Shown: positions 1 through 10,632 of the stretch, one piece after another
Position numbering within the stretch: position 1 is the first letter of the stretch
How the letters are laid out: each line of letters begins with the position of its first letter
Assembly: GCF_028368995.1 (NCBI RefSeq)
Contig: NZ_JAQNDL010000003.1
Span: forward strand, 1,248,001-1,312,000
From: Nannocystis bainbridge
GTDB taxonomy: Bacteria; Myxococcota_A; Polyangia; Nannocystales; Nannocystaceae
Direction of reading: 5' to 3'
Length of the DNA: 64,000 nucleotides
The notes under the pieces: model-generated
Seen by the model: the letters and a program-made list of their open reading frames with translations, nothing else
What the model was told of the DNA's origin: nothing
Databases searched by the model: none
Position numbers and translations under genes: made by a program

Positions 1-141
1 CGCCTCGAGGTCGACGAGGACGCGTTCGAGCTCGACCCCGGCTCCTCGGCGATGGGCCTCGTGCCCGACGGTCTGCTGCAGTCCGTGCGCGTCGAGGTCT
101 ACGCCGCCAGCCAGGCCGGCCGCCGCCTCACCGACGGCTGA
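1..141 (+). CDS. 3' end of an unknown protein (truncated by window edge)
   Basis: Open frame 1 with GC3-biased codons, RLEVDEDAFELDPG...RRLTDG*, TGA at 139-141. Confidence 0.6.
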   Translation, partial: RLEVDEDAFELDPGSSAMGLVPDGLLQSVRVEVYAASQAGRRLTDG

Positions 142-158
142 GCCCACGTCCGCGAACG

Positions 159-1436
159 CTACCCGCGTCGCCGCCGGCGCAGCAGGGTCAGCACGGCACA
201 TAGCCCGAGGGACATGCCCCATGCGCCATGTCCCTCGGGACTCACGGCGCAGAAGCCCATGAACCCTTCGGTGTCGTCCAGCTCGGCGGGCTCGTACGGA
301 TCGACGGTCGCCAGCTGCCCGAGCGCGCGGGCGTTGCCGGCGGCGTCGTGGGCGACCAGCGCGAACACGTGACCGGAGCCGGGGTCGAGCCCGGTGACGA
401 GCACCGAGGTCTGGTCGGGCGCGATGAAGCCGCTGCACACCCGGCTCCAGTCGAGCCGCTGCATCTCCCGGCTGACGCACAGCTGACAGGTGTCGCTGCA
501 CAGCCCGGCGTCGGAGTTCTGCGTGCCCTCGTCGCACTCCTCGCCCGCGTCGACGCGGCCGTCGCCGCAGAACGCCGGCATATCGCGGTCGACCTTGACC
601 AGCGCCTGCGGCTCGCCCCCGCACACGCTGGCGACTGTGTACCAGCCCGTCCCGTCGGCCACCGCGTCGCGCGCGGGCGCGGGAAATTCAAGCTCCGCCG
701 AGTACTGCCAGTCGGTCTCGCACAGCACACGAAAGCCGGCGATGTCACGCGCATCGGGCAGCTCCCACCGCAGCAGCACGCCGTCGGCCCGCGGCTCGGC
801 CCGCAGCCCGTGCGGCAGCTGGTGCGGCGGCTCGAAGTCGTAGCGCAGCACCCCGGACTCCGCCGTCTCCGGATCGTACACAAAATCCTCCGCCTGACAG
901 CCGGTGACCCCATTCGCCGCCGGGTCGCACAGCCACACCCCGCCCTCGCCCTCGCCCTCGCAGCCGCGCGCCAGCGTGGTGTACGGCGAGTCCGCGCGGC
1001 GCTGCGCCGATTCGACGTAGCTGCCCAGGAACGCCGGATGAAACAGCGCCGTGAAGCCGGTCCGGAACTTCGCCACCGGCTCCTCGAGCAGGATACTACA
1101 CAGCCCGTTGCGCCCCTCCGCGGCCTCGCGGCTGTCGCAGCGATTGCCGACAAACCCGAAGATCGTCCGCGTCGGATCGCCCGCCCCGCCGACGGTCGAG
1201 ACTTCGGCCTGGATCGGCGCACCGCACTCGCAGCGGGCCCGATTGAGCAGGCCCTGGCGGTCGGCGTCGTCGAGGGTCCTCAGGGCCGCGCCGTCCTCGT
1301 CGAGGATCGCGTAGCGCACGCGAGCGTCGAACGACACCTCGCTGGCCCCGGCGGAGCCGGTCGCCCCGAACACACAGATGCACGCCACCAGCGACGCGCC
1401 CGAGCGGCGCGCCCCACCACGAGGTTTTCGAAGCAT
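159..1436 (-). CDS. Secreted protein with FN3-like region, one Myxococcus Cys-rich (DUF4215) repeat and MYXO-CTERM-like anchor
   Basis: ATG at 1436 after a GGAGGGG RBS; signal peptide; CGDGRVDAGEECDEG repeat; FALVAHDAAGN FN3-like strand; C-terminal Cys, hydrophobic helix and RRRRR. Confidence 0.75.
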   Translation of the reverse strand: MLRKPRGGARRSGASLVACICVFGATGSAGASEVSFDARVRYAILDEDGAALRTLDDADRQGLLNRARCECGAPIQAEVSTVGGAGDPTRTIFGFVGNRCDSREAAEGRNGLCSILLEEPVAKFRTGFTALFHPAFLGSYVESAQRRADSPYTTLARGCEGEGEGGVWLCDPAANGVTGCQAEDFVYDPETAESGVLRYDFEPPHQLPHGLRAEPRADGVLLRWELPDARDIAGFRVLCETDWQYSAELEFPAPARDAVADGTGWYTVASVCGGEPQALVKVDRDMPAFCGDGRVDAGEECDEGTQNSDAGLCSDTCQLCVSREMQRLDWSRVCSGFIAPDQTSVLVTGLDPGSGHVFALVAHDAAGNARALGQLATVDPYEPAELDDTEGFMGFCAVSPEGHGAWGMSLGLCAVLTLLRRRRRG

Positions 1437-1574
1437 GGCCCCTCCAACCACCCCGCTCCTGCGAATATTTCCCGCGCCGTCGCACCGACGTGCCGACGTC
1501 GCCAAGTCGCGCGCTTTCGTACCGATCGGCGCTCCGCCAATGATCGGTGTAACGATCGCCTCGAGGCACGTCTT

Positions 1575-2546
1575 CTATCTGCGAACCGGCCGCGCCGACG
1601 CCTGCATCGCGTACGCGATCCCGTGCTCGAGGCTCGGCAGCGTGCGCACGCCGCCGAACTCGACCCCGAGCTCGACGAGCGCGCTCGCTACCTCCGGCCC
1701 GATGCCCGTGAGCACCAGCTCCGCGCCGAGCAGCCGCACCGCGCGGCCGACGTCCGCCAGGGCCCGCGCCGCGACCTCGTCGACCTGCGGCACCCCGGTG
1801 ACGTCGAGCAACACGAACCCGGCCCGCCGCGCCTGCACGCCCTCGAGGATCGCCTCCAACAATCGACCGGCCCGGTCGCCGTCGAAATCACCGACCAGCG
1901 GGACCGCCACCACGCGCTCCGCGATCGGCACCAGCGGGGTCGAGAGCGCCAGCAGCGTCGCCCGCTGGGCCTCGATCACCTGCTGCTGCAGCGCCACGTG
2001 TTCGGCCGTCGCCACCTCGAGCTCGGCCGTCCGCTGGCGCACCCGCTCCTCGAGCTCGACGTTGAGGCGCAGCACCGCCTCGCGGTCGCGCCGCTGCTCG
2101 CTGATGCAGCGGACCACCTTGATGAGCCCGTCCTCGCCGACCCGGATCACCCGCGCCTCGTACCACTCGGTCGCGCCGTCCAGCTCGAGCGCGTACTCGA
2201 GGCGGGCCTTGCCCGCCGGCCCCGCCGCCTCCGCGAACGTCGCCTCGAACTGTGCCCCGATCTCCGCCGGCAGCACGTCCTGCATGCGCCTGCCGAGGAA
2301 CGCCTCCGGCCCCACGTACATCGGCGTCGACGGGCTTGCCAGATAATGGGTGATCGTGCCGTCGAGGCGCATCTGGAAGAACAGGTCGGGCACCCCGCGG
2401 TAGATGTTCTCGAGCGCCGTCGCCAGCTTCAGCCGCTCCGCGTGCGCGCGCTGCACCTCTTGCGCCGCGCGCTCGAGCCGGGCGACCCGGCCGCGGAGCT
2501 CCTCGTTCTCGGCCCGCAGGTCGGCGTCGGTCGGTGCCTCTTCCAT
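1575..2546 (-). CDS. PAS + STAS RsbR-like anti-anti-sigma/stressosome-type sensor
   Basis: Coiled coil, PAS (PDLFFQMRLDGTI...WYEARV), then STAS LSTPLVPI...PLVGDFD...LLDVTGV...LTGIGPEVA. Confidence 0.85.
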   Translation of the reverse strand: MEEAPTDADLRAENEELRGRVARLERAAQEVQRAHAERLKLATALENIYRGVPDLFFQMRLDGTITHYLASPSTPMYVGPEAFLGRRMQDVLPAEIGAQFEATFAEAAGPAGKARLEYALELDGATEWYEARVIRVGEDGLIKVVRCISEQRRDREAVLRLNVELEERVRQRTAELEVATAEHVALQQQVIEAQRATLLALSTPLVPIAERVVAVPLVGDFDGDRAGRLLEAILEGVQARRAGFVLLDVTGVPQVDEVAARALADVGRAVRLLGAELVLTGIGPEVASALVELGVEFGGVRTLPSLEHGIAYAMQASARPVRR

Positions 2547-2989
2547 GGTTGCACCGCGACGATAACCGACCCCCCGGTCCGCCGTTGCGACCCCCCGTTG
2601 CGCGAAGTCACCCCCCGCGCGGGCCCTCCCGAGCCTGCACCCGCAGGCACGCCCGCGCCCGCCCGGGAATGCGAGCAATCCGGGCCAAGGGGACCTCCAG
2701 GCCGGCTTCACGGGCGTCCCCACCGCCGCCGCGCACCCGTCTCCGCGGGATCACGGCGCGACTGGCCGCTGCGACTCCTATCATCACACTCCTGGGACTG
2801 ACTCGATTGGCGAGCGCGCCAGCGCGCCGGCAATGTCAGCACCACCGCGCGCGGAATTCATCGTCCACCATGCAGCGCGCGCAGATGCCCTCGGCATCTC
2901 GCCCACGGGCCTGCCGGCCCTCGGCAAAACTCCCGACCCGCCGCCGCGCGCGTCCCGACCTGCGCACATGCGCGTGATAGCGTCGTCCG

Positions 2990-5098
2990 GTGCCACGCCT
3001 GTCGCCGCTCCAGCGCTCGCTCCTCTTGCCGGTGCTCGTCGCGCTCGGCTGCCCGCAGGGCGGCGACGTCGCCACCGACGCCGACCCTGGCGCCACCGCC
3101 GACGCCAGCACCGGCGCCACCGCCGGCACCGGCGCCCCGACCACCGGCGACACCGGCCCGGGCCCCACCTCGAGCGGCACCGATCCCACCGGTGACACCG
3201 GCGACACCGGCGACACCGGCGAGCCTCCTGGCGAGCCGTCCGGCAACGCGCTCGACCAGAACCTCCTGTTCACCTGCGACGATCGCCCTGCCTTGCCGCC
3301 GGCCGACCTGCGGCTGCTCGACCGCCAGGAGTGGACCCGCAGCGTCGGCAGCTGGACCGGCACCAACCTCGCCAACAATCCGCTGTATCCGCGGGCCTCC
3401 CACCGCTATTCGACCTACAGCGACGGCGAGGCGCTCGACCCCAGCGTGCTCTCGCTCTACCTCGACGTCGTCGGCGGCGCCGGCACCGCGTGGGCCATCG
3501 GCAAGTGGGATGCCGGCCGCGTGCGCACGGTGATCGAGGACCCCGAGTGTCAGTGCTTCCTCAACGACGCCGCCCCCTCGCCCGAGTGCGTCGATTACTT
3601 CGTCCGCCGCTACCTCGAATACGGAGCGGTGTACCGCCCCGCCGGTGACGAGCAGGCGGCCGCGCTGCGCGAGTTCGCCGACACCGTGCTCGCGGGCGAG
3701 GCCGACGTCGCCCAGCGGCCGGCCACCATCAAGCGGATCGCCGCCGCCGCGTGGATGACCACCGCCGCGCTGTATCGGCCCGAGCTCGGCGCCGGCGAGC
3801 CCGACGAGCACGGGCGCCTGCGGCTCGGCGACTGGGAGCTCGCGCAGGCGATCGCCTACGCCCTCACGCGGGCGCCCGCCGGGACCCCGAGCGTCAATCG
3901 CTACTACGAGGCCGGCTACACCAAGGGCGACGTCGATGGTGACCTCGGCGACTTCCTCGACGCCGCCGCCGACGGCACGATCCAGGACCCCGAGGTCGTC
4001 GCCGCGCTGGTCCGCGCCCACTTCGGCGGCCTCGACGAGGAGCGCCGCGACCTCCTGTTCGAGGACCGCGACGCCCGGTGGTGGGAGAACCAGGGCGAGT
4101 ACTGGATGGCCACCGGCGTGCGCGCCTTCTTCCGCGAATGGCTCGACTACGCCGGCCTCGCCGACAAGCCGCCGAAGGTCGAGACCGCCAAGACCTCCGC
4201 CTGGTGGGAGGTCGGCACCACCGAGCTCAGTTACCAAAACACCGTCTCCGGCATCTACGGCACCGAGAACACCCTCGTCACCCAGCTCGACGACATGATC
4301 GCCCGCATCGTCGCCGCCGACCAGGACGTGTTCGCCCAGCTGCTGACCTCGCGCCTGTTCTACACCCCCGCCAACGCCGGCTATCAGGAGGGCGAGAGCT
4401 CCATCTCCAATTCGACCGCCGACTCGCCCCGCGTCTACGGCGTCGCGGGCATCACCGCGCAGACCCGCGAGGCCCGCTGGAAGCAGCTGCCCGAGAACGA
4501 GCGCGCCGGCGTGCTCACCCACCCGGCGTGGCTCGGCGCGCACTCGCTGTCGTTCGAGAACGACCCCAACCTGGTCCATCGCGGCAAGTGGATCCGCGAA
4601 GAGCTGCTGTGCCAGAACATCCCCGACCTGCCGCTCAACGTCGACGCCATGCTGTCCGAGGCGTCGCGCGAGCAGTCGGCGCGCCAGCGGATCTCCGAGC
4701 AGATCGACGCGGACCCGTACTGCGCCGGTTGCCACCAGATGATGAACCCGCTCGGCTATCCGTTCGAGATCTACAACCACGCCGGCTTCCTCCGCATCGA
4801 GGATCACGGCGCCGCGCCGAACGGCACCAGCGTGCTCGCCAACATGCCCGCGCCCGAGCTCGACGGCCCGGTGACCAGCGCGATCGACATGAGCGTGCGC
4901 TTCGCCGGCTCCAAGTACGCCAAGCGCTGCTTCGTGCGCCAGGCCTTCCGCTTCTTCGCCGGCCGCGAGGAGACGATGCACGACGGCTGCACCCTCGTGG
5001 CCATGGAGACCGCCTACGACGACAGCGACGGCTCGTTCGCCGAATTGCTGATCGCCCTCTTCAACAGCGACAGCTTCCAGACCCGCGTGCCCGAGTGA
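2990..5098 (+). CDS. DUF1592/DUF1588/DUF1585-family lipoprotein with CxxCH heme motif
   Basis: Lipobox ALGC, Thr/Gly linker, LRLLDRQEW, ERAGVLTHPAWL, HRGKWIREELLC, CAGCH...MNPLGYPFE. Confidence 0.85.
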   Translation: MPRLSPLQRSLLLPVLVALGCPQGGDVATDADPGATADASTGATAGTGAPTTGDTGPGPTSSGTDPTGDTGDTGDTGEPPGEPSGNALDQNLLFTCDDRPALPPADLRLLDRQEWTRSVGSWTGTNLANNPLYPRASHRYSTYSDGEALDPSVLSLYLDVVGGAGTAWAIGKWDAGRVRTVIEDPECQCFLNDAAPSPECVDYFVRRYLEYGAVYRPAGDEQAAALREFADTVLAGEADVAQRPATIKRIAAAAWMTTAALYRPELGAGEPDEHGRLRLGDWELAQAIAYALTRAPAGTPSVNRYYEAGYTKGDVDGDLGDFLDAAADGTIQDPEVVAALVRAHFGGLDEERRDLLFEDRDARWWENQGEYWMATGVRAFFREWLDYAGLADKPPKVETAKTSAWWEVGTTELSYQNTVSGIYGTENTLVTQLDDMIARIVAADQDVFAQLLTSRLFYTPANAGYQEGESSISNSTADSPRVYGVAGITAQTREARWKQLPENERAGVLTHPAWLGAHSLSFENDPNLVHRGKWIREELLCQNIPDLPLNVDAMLSEASREQSARQRISEQIDADPYCAGCHQMMNPLGYPFEIYNHAGFLRIEDHGAAPNGTSVLANMPAPELDGPVTSAIDMSVRFAGSKYAKRCFVRQAFRFFAGREETMHDGCTLVAMETAYDDSDGSFAELLIALFNSDSFQTRVPE

Positions 5099-5124
5099 GC
5101 GGCGACGCCGACCGGAGACCCATC

Positions 5125-6570
5125 ATGTTCACGCGTCGTAATTTCCTCACCACCGCGGGCCTCTTGACCGGCGCCGGCCTGTTCGGCGGCGCCGCCCTGA
5201 CCGGCCGCCCCACCCGCGCCGCCGACGGCGACCCGCGCCGGATCGTCATCTTCCTCGAGGGCAACGGCATCCGCCCCGAGTGCGTGCGCGACCCACTGAC
5301 GCTCGAGACCCTCGAGGGTTACGCCGGCAAGCCGATCGAGAGCAACCGCGACTACGGCCACGACGATCCGGTCCTCGTGTCCGCGGCCCCGCTCGCCGAG
5401 GCGCGCTCGCTCGCCGCGCTGGCCGCCAAGGACGACGACATCTCGCTGGTCGAGCGCGCCTGCCTGGTGCTCGGATTGTCGGGCACCTACCTGGGCGGCG
5501 GCCACTCCACCGATTTCGGGGCCCTGAGCGCCTCGCAGGCCGCCGGCGGACCCGCCGGGCCGACCATCGAGACCGTGCTCTCGGCCATCCCCGAGGTCCG
5601 CGGCAACACCCCGTTCGACGCCATTCGCATCGGCGTCGGCGCCGCCACGACCCCGCTCAATTATTCCAGCTGCGCCTTCGATGCCGGCAAGCCGGCCCCG
5701 CTGCTGCTCAGTCCCGCCGCCTCGTTCGCCTCGCTGTTCGGCTCGGTCGCCTCCGGCGAGGCCGGCGAGGAGTTCGAGAGCCGCAAGCAGCTGCTGGAGT
5801 TCGCGCTCGAGGACGTCATGCGCGAGCTCAAAGGCTTCGGCGGCTCGAAGCGCGGGCGCGACAAGCTCGAGACCTACGAGGCCTCGCTGCTGACGATGCT
5901 GGCCCGCAACGACCAGATCCTCGGCATGAAGGGCGCGCTGCAGGCCAACAAGCCGCTCGGTCCCGGCGAGTCCGACCCCGACCCCTACGCCTCGGGCGAC
6001 CCGCTCGAGCAGCTGCGCCTGCAAGCCGACATCGCCACCGCCTCGCTGCTGTCCGGTCTCACCAATGTCGCAGTGGTCTCGTTCGGCGCCGGCAGCTACT
6101 ACTGGTCGCTGGAATACCCCAGCCTGTCCGATTTCTACCCCTCCAAACAAGTGATCGGCGGCCACGACCTGCGCCACGGCGAGAGCCCCGCGTTCTACGA
6201 GACCCTGCACGAGGTCACCAGCCGCGGGATCGGCGAGATGGCGCGCATGGCTCGGGCCCTCGCCGCCCGCCCCGAGCAGGGCGGCACCATGCTCGACAAC
6301 ACCCTGCTCCTCTACATGTCCGACAACGGCGAGAAGCACCACTCGAACGCCGAGGAGTGGGCCATGCTCATGCTCGGCGGCAACAACATGGGCTTCAAGA
6401 CCGACGGCCGCAGCGTCACCTATCCGAAGAGCGGCCACGAGAACAATCGTCAGACCTCCAACCTCTTCAACTCGCTGCTCCACGGCGCCGGCCTGCCCAC
6501 CGACGATTTCGGCCACAGCAACCCGGTCACGCGCATCGCCGAGGGCCCGCTCGCCGAGGTGTGGAGCTGA
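5125..6570 (+). CDS. DUF1552-family protein, Tat-exported
   Basis: MFTRRNFL twin-Arg signal; RRIVIFLEGNG; GGGH; EQGGTMLDNTLLLYMSDNG; usual partner of DUF1588 genes. Confidence 0.85.
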   Translation: MFTRRNFLTTAGLLTGAGLFGGAALTGRPTRAADGDPRRIVIFLEGNGIRPECVRDPLTLETLEGYAGKPIESNRDYGHDDPVLVSAAPLAEARSLAALAAKDDDISLVERACLVLGLSGTYLGGGHSTDFGALSASQAAGGPAGPTIETVLSAIPEVRGNTPFDAIRIGVGAATTPLNYSSCAFDAGKPAPLLLSPAASFASLFGSVASGEAGEEFESRKQLLEFALEDVMRELKGFGGSKRGRDKLETYEASLLTMLARNDQILGMKGALQANKPLGPGESDPDPYASGDPLEQLRLQADIATASLLSGLTNVAVVSFGAGSYYWSLEYPSLSDFYPSKQVIGGHDLRHGESPAFYETLHEVTSRGIGEMARMARALAARPEQGGTMLDNTLLLYMSDNGEKHHSNAEEWAMLMLGGNNMGFKTDGRSVTYPKSGHENNRQTSNLFNSLLHGAGLPTDDFGHSNPVTRIAEGPLAEVWS

Positions 6571-6655
6571 CCCCGCGCGCCGTCCGTCATCGCGCGCGAT
6601 CCCGGCGGCGTCGCCCGCTTGTCCGCCGCCGGAGCTTCCGCCACCATCGCCCGCG

Positions 6656-7360
6656 GTGCCACGGATCCTCCACGACCTCGCTTGCCTCGACGACCGCCGC
6701 CTGAGCCCGTACTGCTGGCGCAGCAAGTACGCGCTGGCCCACAAGGGCCTCGAGTTCGAGGCGCGCCCCCACGGCTTCCTCGACATCCAGCAGCTCTACG
6801 GCGGCGCGCACCGGACCTTGCCGATCCTCGACGACGACGGCCGCGTCGTGCACGACTCGTGGGCCATCGCCGACTTCCTCGACACCCACTACCCCGATCG
6901 CCCGCCCCTGTTCTCCGGGCCAGCCGAGCGCGCCCTGTGTCGATTCACCGAGGCGTGGCTGTTCGGCGCCCTCGCGCCGCTGCTGCTGCCGATGCTCGCG
7001 CTCGACATCCACGACCACGCGCACCCGAGCGATCGCGCGTACTTCCGCGAGAGCCGCGAGAAGCGGCTCGGTCGTAGCCTCGAGGCCGCAGCTGCGGGCC
7101 GCGAGGAGCAGCTGAGTGAGCTGCGCGCGGCCCTGAGCCCGCTGCGCCTCACCTTCACCGCCCAGGGCCAACAATTTCTCTCGGGCGATCGGGCGGGGTA
7201 CGCCGACTACATCGCCGCCGGCATCTTCTTGTGGGCAGCGTCGGTGACCACGCTGCCGCTGCTCGAGCGCGACGATCCCGTCGTCGCATGGTTCGAGCGC
7301 ATGCGCGACCTGCACGACGGACTCGGCCGCACCGCGCCGATGTATGCAATTGCGGCGTGA
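6656..7360 (+). CDS. Glutathione S-transferase, LigE/beta-etherase-like class
   Basis: LSPYCWRSKYALAHKGL, LPILDD, DSWAIADFLD, FLSGDRAGYADY, WFERMRDL. Confidence 0.8.
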   Translation: MPRILHDLACLDDRRLSPYCWRSKYALAHKGLEFEARPHGFLDIQQLYGGAHRTLPILDDDGRVVHDSWAIADFLDTHYPDRPPLFSGPAERALCRFTEAWLFGALAPLLLPMLALDIHDHAHPSDRAYFRESREKRLGRSLEAAAAGREEQLSELRAALSPLRLTFTAQGQQFLSGDRAGYADYIAAGIFLWAASVTTLPLLERDDPVVAWFERMRDLHDGLGRTAPMYAIAA

Positions 7361-7442
7361 CGATCGCACTGCGAAGAGCTCGGTGAGACCACGACGATCC
7401 GCGCGCGCGCCCGTGCCCGATCGTCTCTGGCATATTCGCCGC

Positions 7443-8579
7443 ATGCCAGGCACGCGATCGATCTGCGCGGCGTTGGTGCTCGCCGCGTGCAGCAGTGAGC
7501 CCGTCGACACCGCCACCGACACGACCTCGACCACGTCGACCACCTCGACCACGGCGGACACCGCCGACACCACGTCGACCACGGCCACGGACGACACCAC
7601 CTCCACCTCGTCTTCGACCTCGACCTCGACCGGGCCGACGACCACCGTCGAGCCGACGACCACCGGCACCACCACCGTCGACGACACCACGACGACCACC
7701 GGCACCACCACCGAGGCCATGCCGAGCGGGCCCGACGTCGACGTGTCCGACCCGAAGCTCCACGAGTTCTCGTTCAAGGCCGACGAGGCCGACCCCGCGG
7801 CCGCGCTGGCGCTCGGCAACCAGCTGGCCCAGCTCGACACCAGCGCGCCGCTGCAGGGCCGCCTGGTCGTCTACCTCCACGGCGCCGATCAGCCGAGCAC
7901 CTGCGGCTCGCAGGCCCACGGGGTCGAGCTCGCGCGCATGGGCTTCCACGTGATCCACCCGTGCTACGTCGCCAACTACGGCGTCGGCAACTGCGGCGAC
8001 GACATCGGCGGCTGCCGGCTCGAGGCGTTCGAGGGCGTCGATCACCACCCGTTCATCGACATCCCGCCGGCCGACAGCATCGAGACGCGCGTGGTCAAGA
8101 TGCTGGAGCACCTGCAAGCATTGCACCCGGGCGGCGATTGGCAGTACTTCATCGAGGACGGCCTGCCGCGCTGGTCGGAGATCGTGATCTCGGGGATCTC
8201 CCACGGCGCGAGCAGCTCGGGGGTGATCGGGATGAACCGCACGGTCGAGCGCGTGGTGATGCTCTCGGGCCCGCTCGACAGCAATCAGGCGTGGCTGAAG
8301 GCTGACCCGCTGACCCCGATCGACCGCTTCTGGGGCTTCACCCACACCGGCGACGACCAGCACCCCGGCCATTTGAAGAGCTTCGCCGACATGCTGGTGC
8401 CCGGCGAACCATTCGTCGTCGACGGCGCCGAGCCGCCCTACATGGATTCGCACCGCCTCGTCACCTCGGCCCCGACCGACAACGGCCACGTCTCGACCCA
8501 GGCCGGCAGCGCCTCGCCCAAGGAGGCCGACGCCTACGTGTTCACGCCGGTGTGGCGCGCCATGTACGGCGCCGAGTGA
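7443..8579 (+). CDS. Lipoprotein with alpha/beta-hydrolase-like domain (BPSS1187-like)
   Basis: LAAC lipobox, Thr-rich linker, LVVYLHG, ISGISHGA nucleophile elbow, RVVMLSGP. Confidence 0.7.
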   Translation: MPGTRSICAALVLAACSSEPVDTATDTTSTTSTTSTTADTADTTSTTATDDTTSTSSSTSTSTGPTTTVEPTTTGTTTVDDTTTTTGTTTEAMPSGPDVDVSDPKLHEFSFKADEADPAAALALGNQLAQLDTSAPLQGRLVVYLHGADQPSTCGSQAHGVELARMGFHVIHPCYVANYGVGNCGDDIGGCRLEAFEGVDHHPFIDIPPADSIETRVVKMLEHLQALHPGGDWQYFIEDGLPRWSEIVISGISHGASSSGVIGMNRTVERVVMLSGPLDSNQAWLKADPLTPIDRFWGFTHTGDDQHPGHLKSFADMLVPGEPFVVDGAEPPYMDSHRLVTSAPTDNGHVSTQAGSASPKEADAYVFTPVWRAMYGAE

Positions 8580-9051
8580 GCCCGCCCGCGTCCGCCTATC
8601 ATCCTGACCATGATCCCGCGGACCTGCGCAGCCGGGCTCCGCGAAGCGGTCGCTCCCGAGGTCGAAGCTGCGCGACGCCTTTCGCAGGTGCATCGCCCTC
8701 GCACGCGCGAAGCTCTCGCCCGCCGCGCGACCCTCGCCCGTGCGCGGCCCTCGCTGGTCGCGAGGCCCGACTCGACGCCGAAGATCTCGACTCGCGCGCG
8801 TCATCGACCCCGCGACGTCCACCGCGAGCCGTGCACGCCCGAGCTCGCTCTCATCTGCCTGTCCCCGAGGACATGTTATCTGTTCTTCAGGACATCTCAC
8901 GCGCGCGGACCCCGTCCTGCGCGCTCGGCACAGGGGGCCGCGAGCGCCTCGGCCGCGGCCTCCAGGACCCGTTTCGTCGACTCTCACGAATGGCGACGTC
9001 CTTGACGTCGGCGCCGCGGACGGGCACACGAACGGGCCGGAGATTCTTGGC

Positions 9052-10632
9052 ATGCGGACCTCGTTCAAATACGCTCACCTCTCCAACTCTGTCCTCCTCG
9101 GCGCGCTCGTCGGCCTGCTCGCCCCGTCGCTGGCGCAGGCGGCCACCCTGTCGGTCGGCGCCGGCAAGCAATACAAGACCGTCAAGGAGGCGGTCGCGGC
9201 GGCCAAGAGCGGCGACGTCATCGAGATCGATCCCGGCGAATACGTCGACGACATCTCGTCGATCAAGACCGGCGATCTGACGATCCGCGGCGTCGGCGAC
9301 TCCCGCCCGCACCTGCGCGCCACCGTCCCGCCGCCCAACAAGAAGGGCATCTTCGTCGTCGAGGCCGGCGTCGGCCCCGTCACCGTCGAGAACATCGAGT
9401 TCTCCGGCTCGAAGATCAGCCAGGGCGACGGCAACAACGGCGCCGGCATCCGCGCCCAGGGCACCGACCTCACCGTCCGCAACTGCTACTTCCACGACAA
9501 CCAGAACGGCATCCTCGCCGGCGACGGGGCGATGACCGTCGAATACTCCGAGTTCGCCTTCAACGGCGAGGCCGGCTACGAGCACAACATCTACATCGGC
9601 ACCGCGCCGAAGTTCGTGTTCCGCGGCAACTACTCGCACCACGTCAAGTCGGGCCACGCCGTCAAGTCGCGCGCGCTCGAGAACCACATCGTCTACAACC
9701 GCCTGATGGAGGAGGCCGACGGCAACGGCTCGGCGCTGATCGACCTGCCGCAGGGCGGCCTCTCGTACGTGATCGGCAACCTGATCCAGAAGGGCCCGAA
9801 GGCGGAGAACAAGAACCGCATCATCTTCTACAAGGGCGAGGGCGGCACCAACCCCGACCTGCGGCTGTTCGTCAGCCACAACACCTTCGTCAACGACGGC
9901 TCGCCCAACGCGGTGTTCGTCGACGCCCCGGCCGGCACCGAGGTCCACGTCCTCAACAACCTGTTCGTCGGCCCCGGCACCCCGATCAAGACCGGCGACC
10001 CCAACGCGATGGTCGTCGACCTCGGCAACCTGAAGCTCGACGACGCCGGCCTCGTCGACCGCTCCGGCTACGATTATCGCCTGCTGGACGGCGCGCCCGG
10101 GATCGACGCCGGCGAGGCCCTCGACGCCGCGCTGATCCCCGATTCGCAGTACCTGCACCCGAGCCAGACCGAGTCGCGCCCGGTCGTCGGCGCGCCGGAC
10201 GTCGGCGCCTACGAGTTCGGCGTCGACGAGGGCACCACCGGCGAGACGTCGACCGGCACCGATTCGACCGGCGACGATTCGACCGGCGACGATTCGACCG
10301 GCGGCGATCCGACCGGCGAGCCGGGCACCAGCTCCGAGGGCCCGACCACCGACGGCCCGACCACCGGCGGCCCGACCACGAATGACCCCACCACCGACGG
10401 CGCCACCAGCGACGGCGAGACCACCGCGGCCCCGAGCACCGAGGGCAGCATCGGCACGACCGACGCCACCGGCGGCGCCTCCGACACCGACCCCGGCACC
10501 GACACCGACACCGGCTCGGCCGGCGACGACGACGGCGGCTGCGGCTGCCGCAACGACGCCGGCGGCGGCCCCGGGGCCCTGCTGACGGTCCTCGCGGTCC
10601 TGGGCTTTACGGCCCGCCGCCGCCGTCGCTAG
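9052..10632 (+). CDS. Right-handed beta-helix protein with MYXO-CTERM anchor
   Basis: Signal peptide; NGAGIR, FHDNQNGIL, HNIYIG, GHAVKSRA; PDVGAYE; Thr/Asp linker; GCGC, TM helix and RRRRR. Confidence 0.8.
   Translation: MRTSFKYAHLSNSVLLGALVGLLAPSLAQAATLSVGAGKQYKTVKEAVAAAKSGDVIEIDPGEYVDDISSIKTGDLTIRGVGDSRPHLRATVPPPNKKGIFVVEAGVGPVTVENIEFSGSKISQGDGNNGAGIRAQGTDLTVRNCYFHDNQNGILAGDGAMTVEYSEFAFNGEAGYEHNIYIGTAPKFVFRGNYSHHVKSGHAVKSRALENHIVYNRLMEEADGNGSALIDLPQGGLSYVIGNLIQKGPKAENKNRIIFYKGEGGTNPDLRLFVSHNTFVNDGSPNAVFVDAPAGTEVHVLNNLFVGPGTPIKTGDPNAMVVDLGNLKLDDAGLVDRSGYDYRLLDGAPGIDAGEALDAALIPDSQYLHPSQTESRPVVGAPDVGAYEFGVDEGTTGETSTGTDSTGDDSTGDDSTGGDPTGEPGTSSEGPTTDGPTTGGPTTNDPTTDGATSDGETTAAPSTEGSIGTTDATGGASDTDPGTDTDTGSAGDDDGGCGCRNDAGGGPGALLTVLAVLGFTARRRRR

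Noticed and set aside
228-2801. 857-aa plus-strand ORF and the many other Arg/Pro/Ala-rich long ORFs
   Set aside because: Stop-poor alternative frames typical of high-GC DNA, overlapping well-supported genes.
10248-10320. Short tandem repeats (TCGACCGGCGACGAT) and similar ACC-rich tracts in lipoprotein genes
   Set aside because: They encode low-complexity Thr/Gly/Asp linkers common in these secreted proteins; not independent DNA elements.
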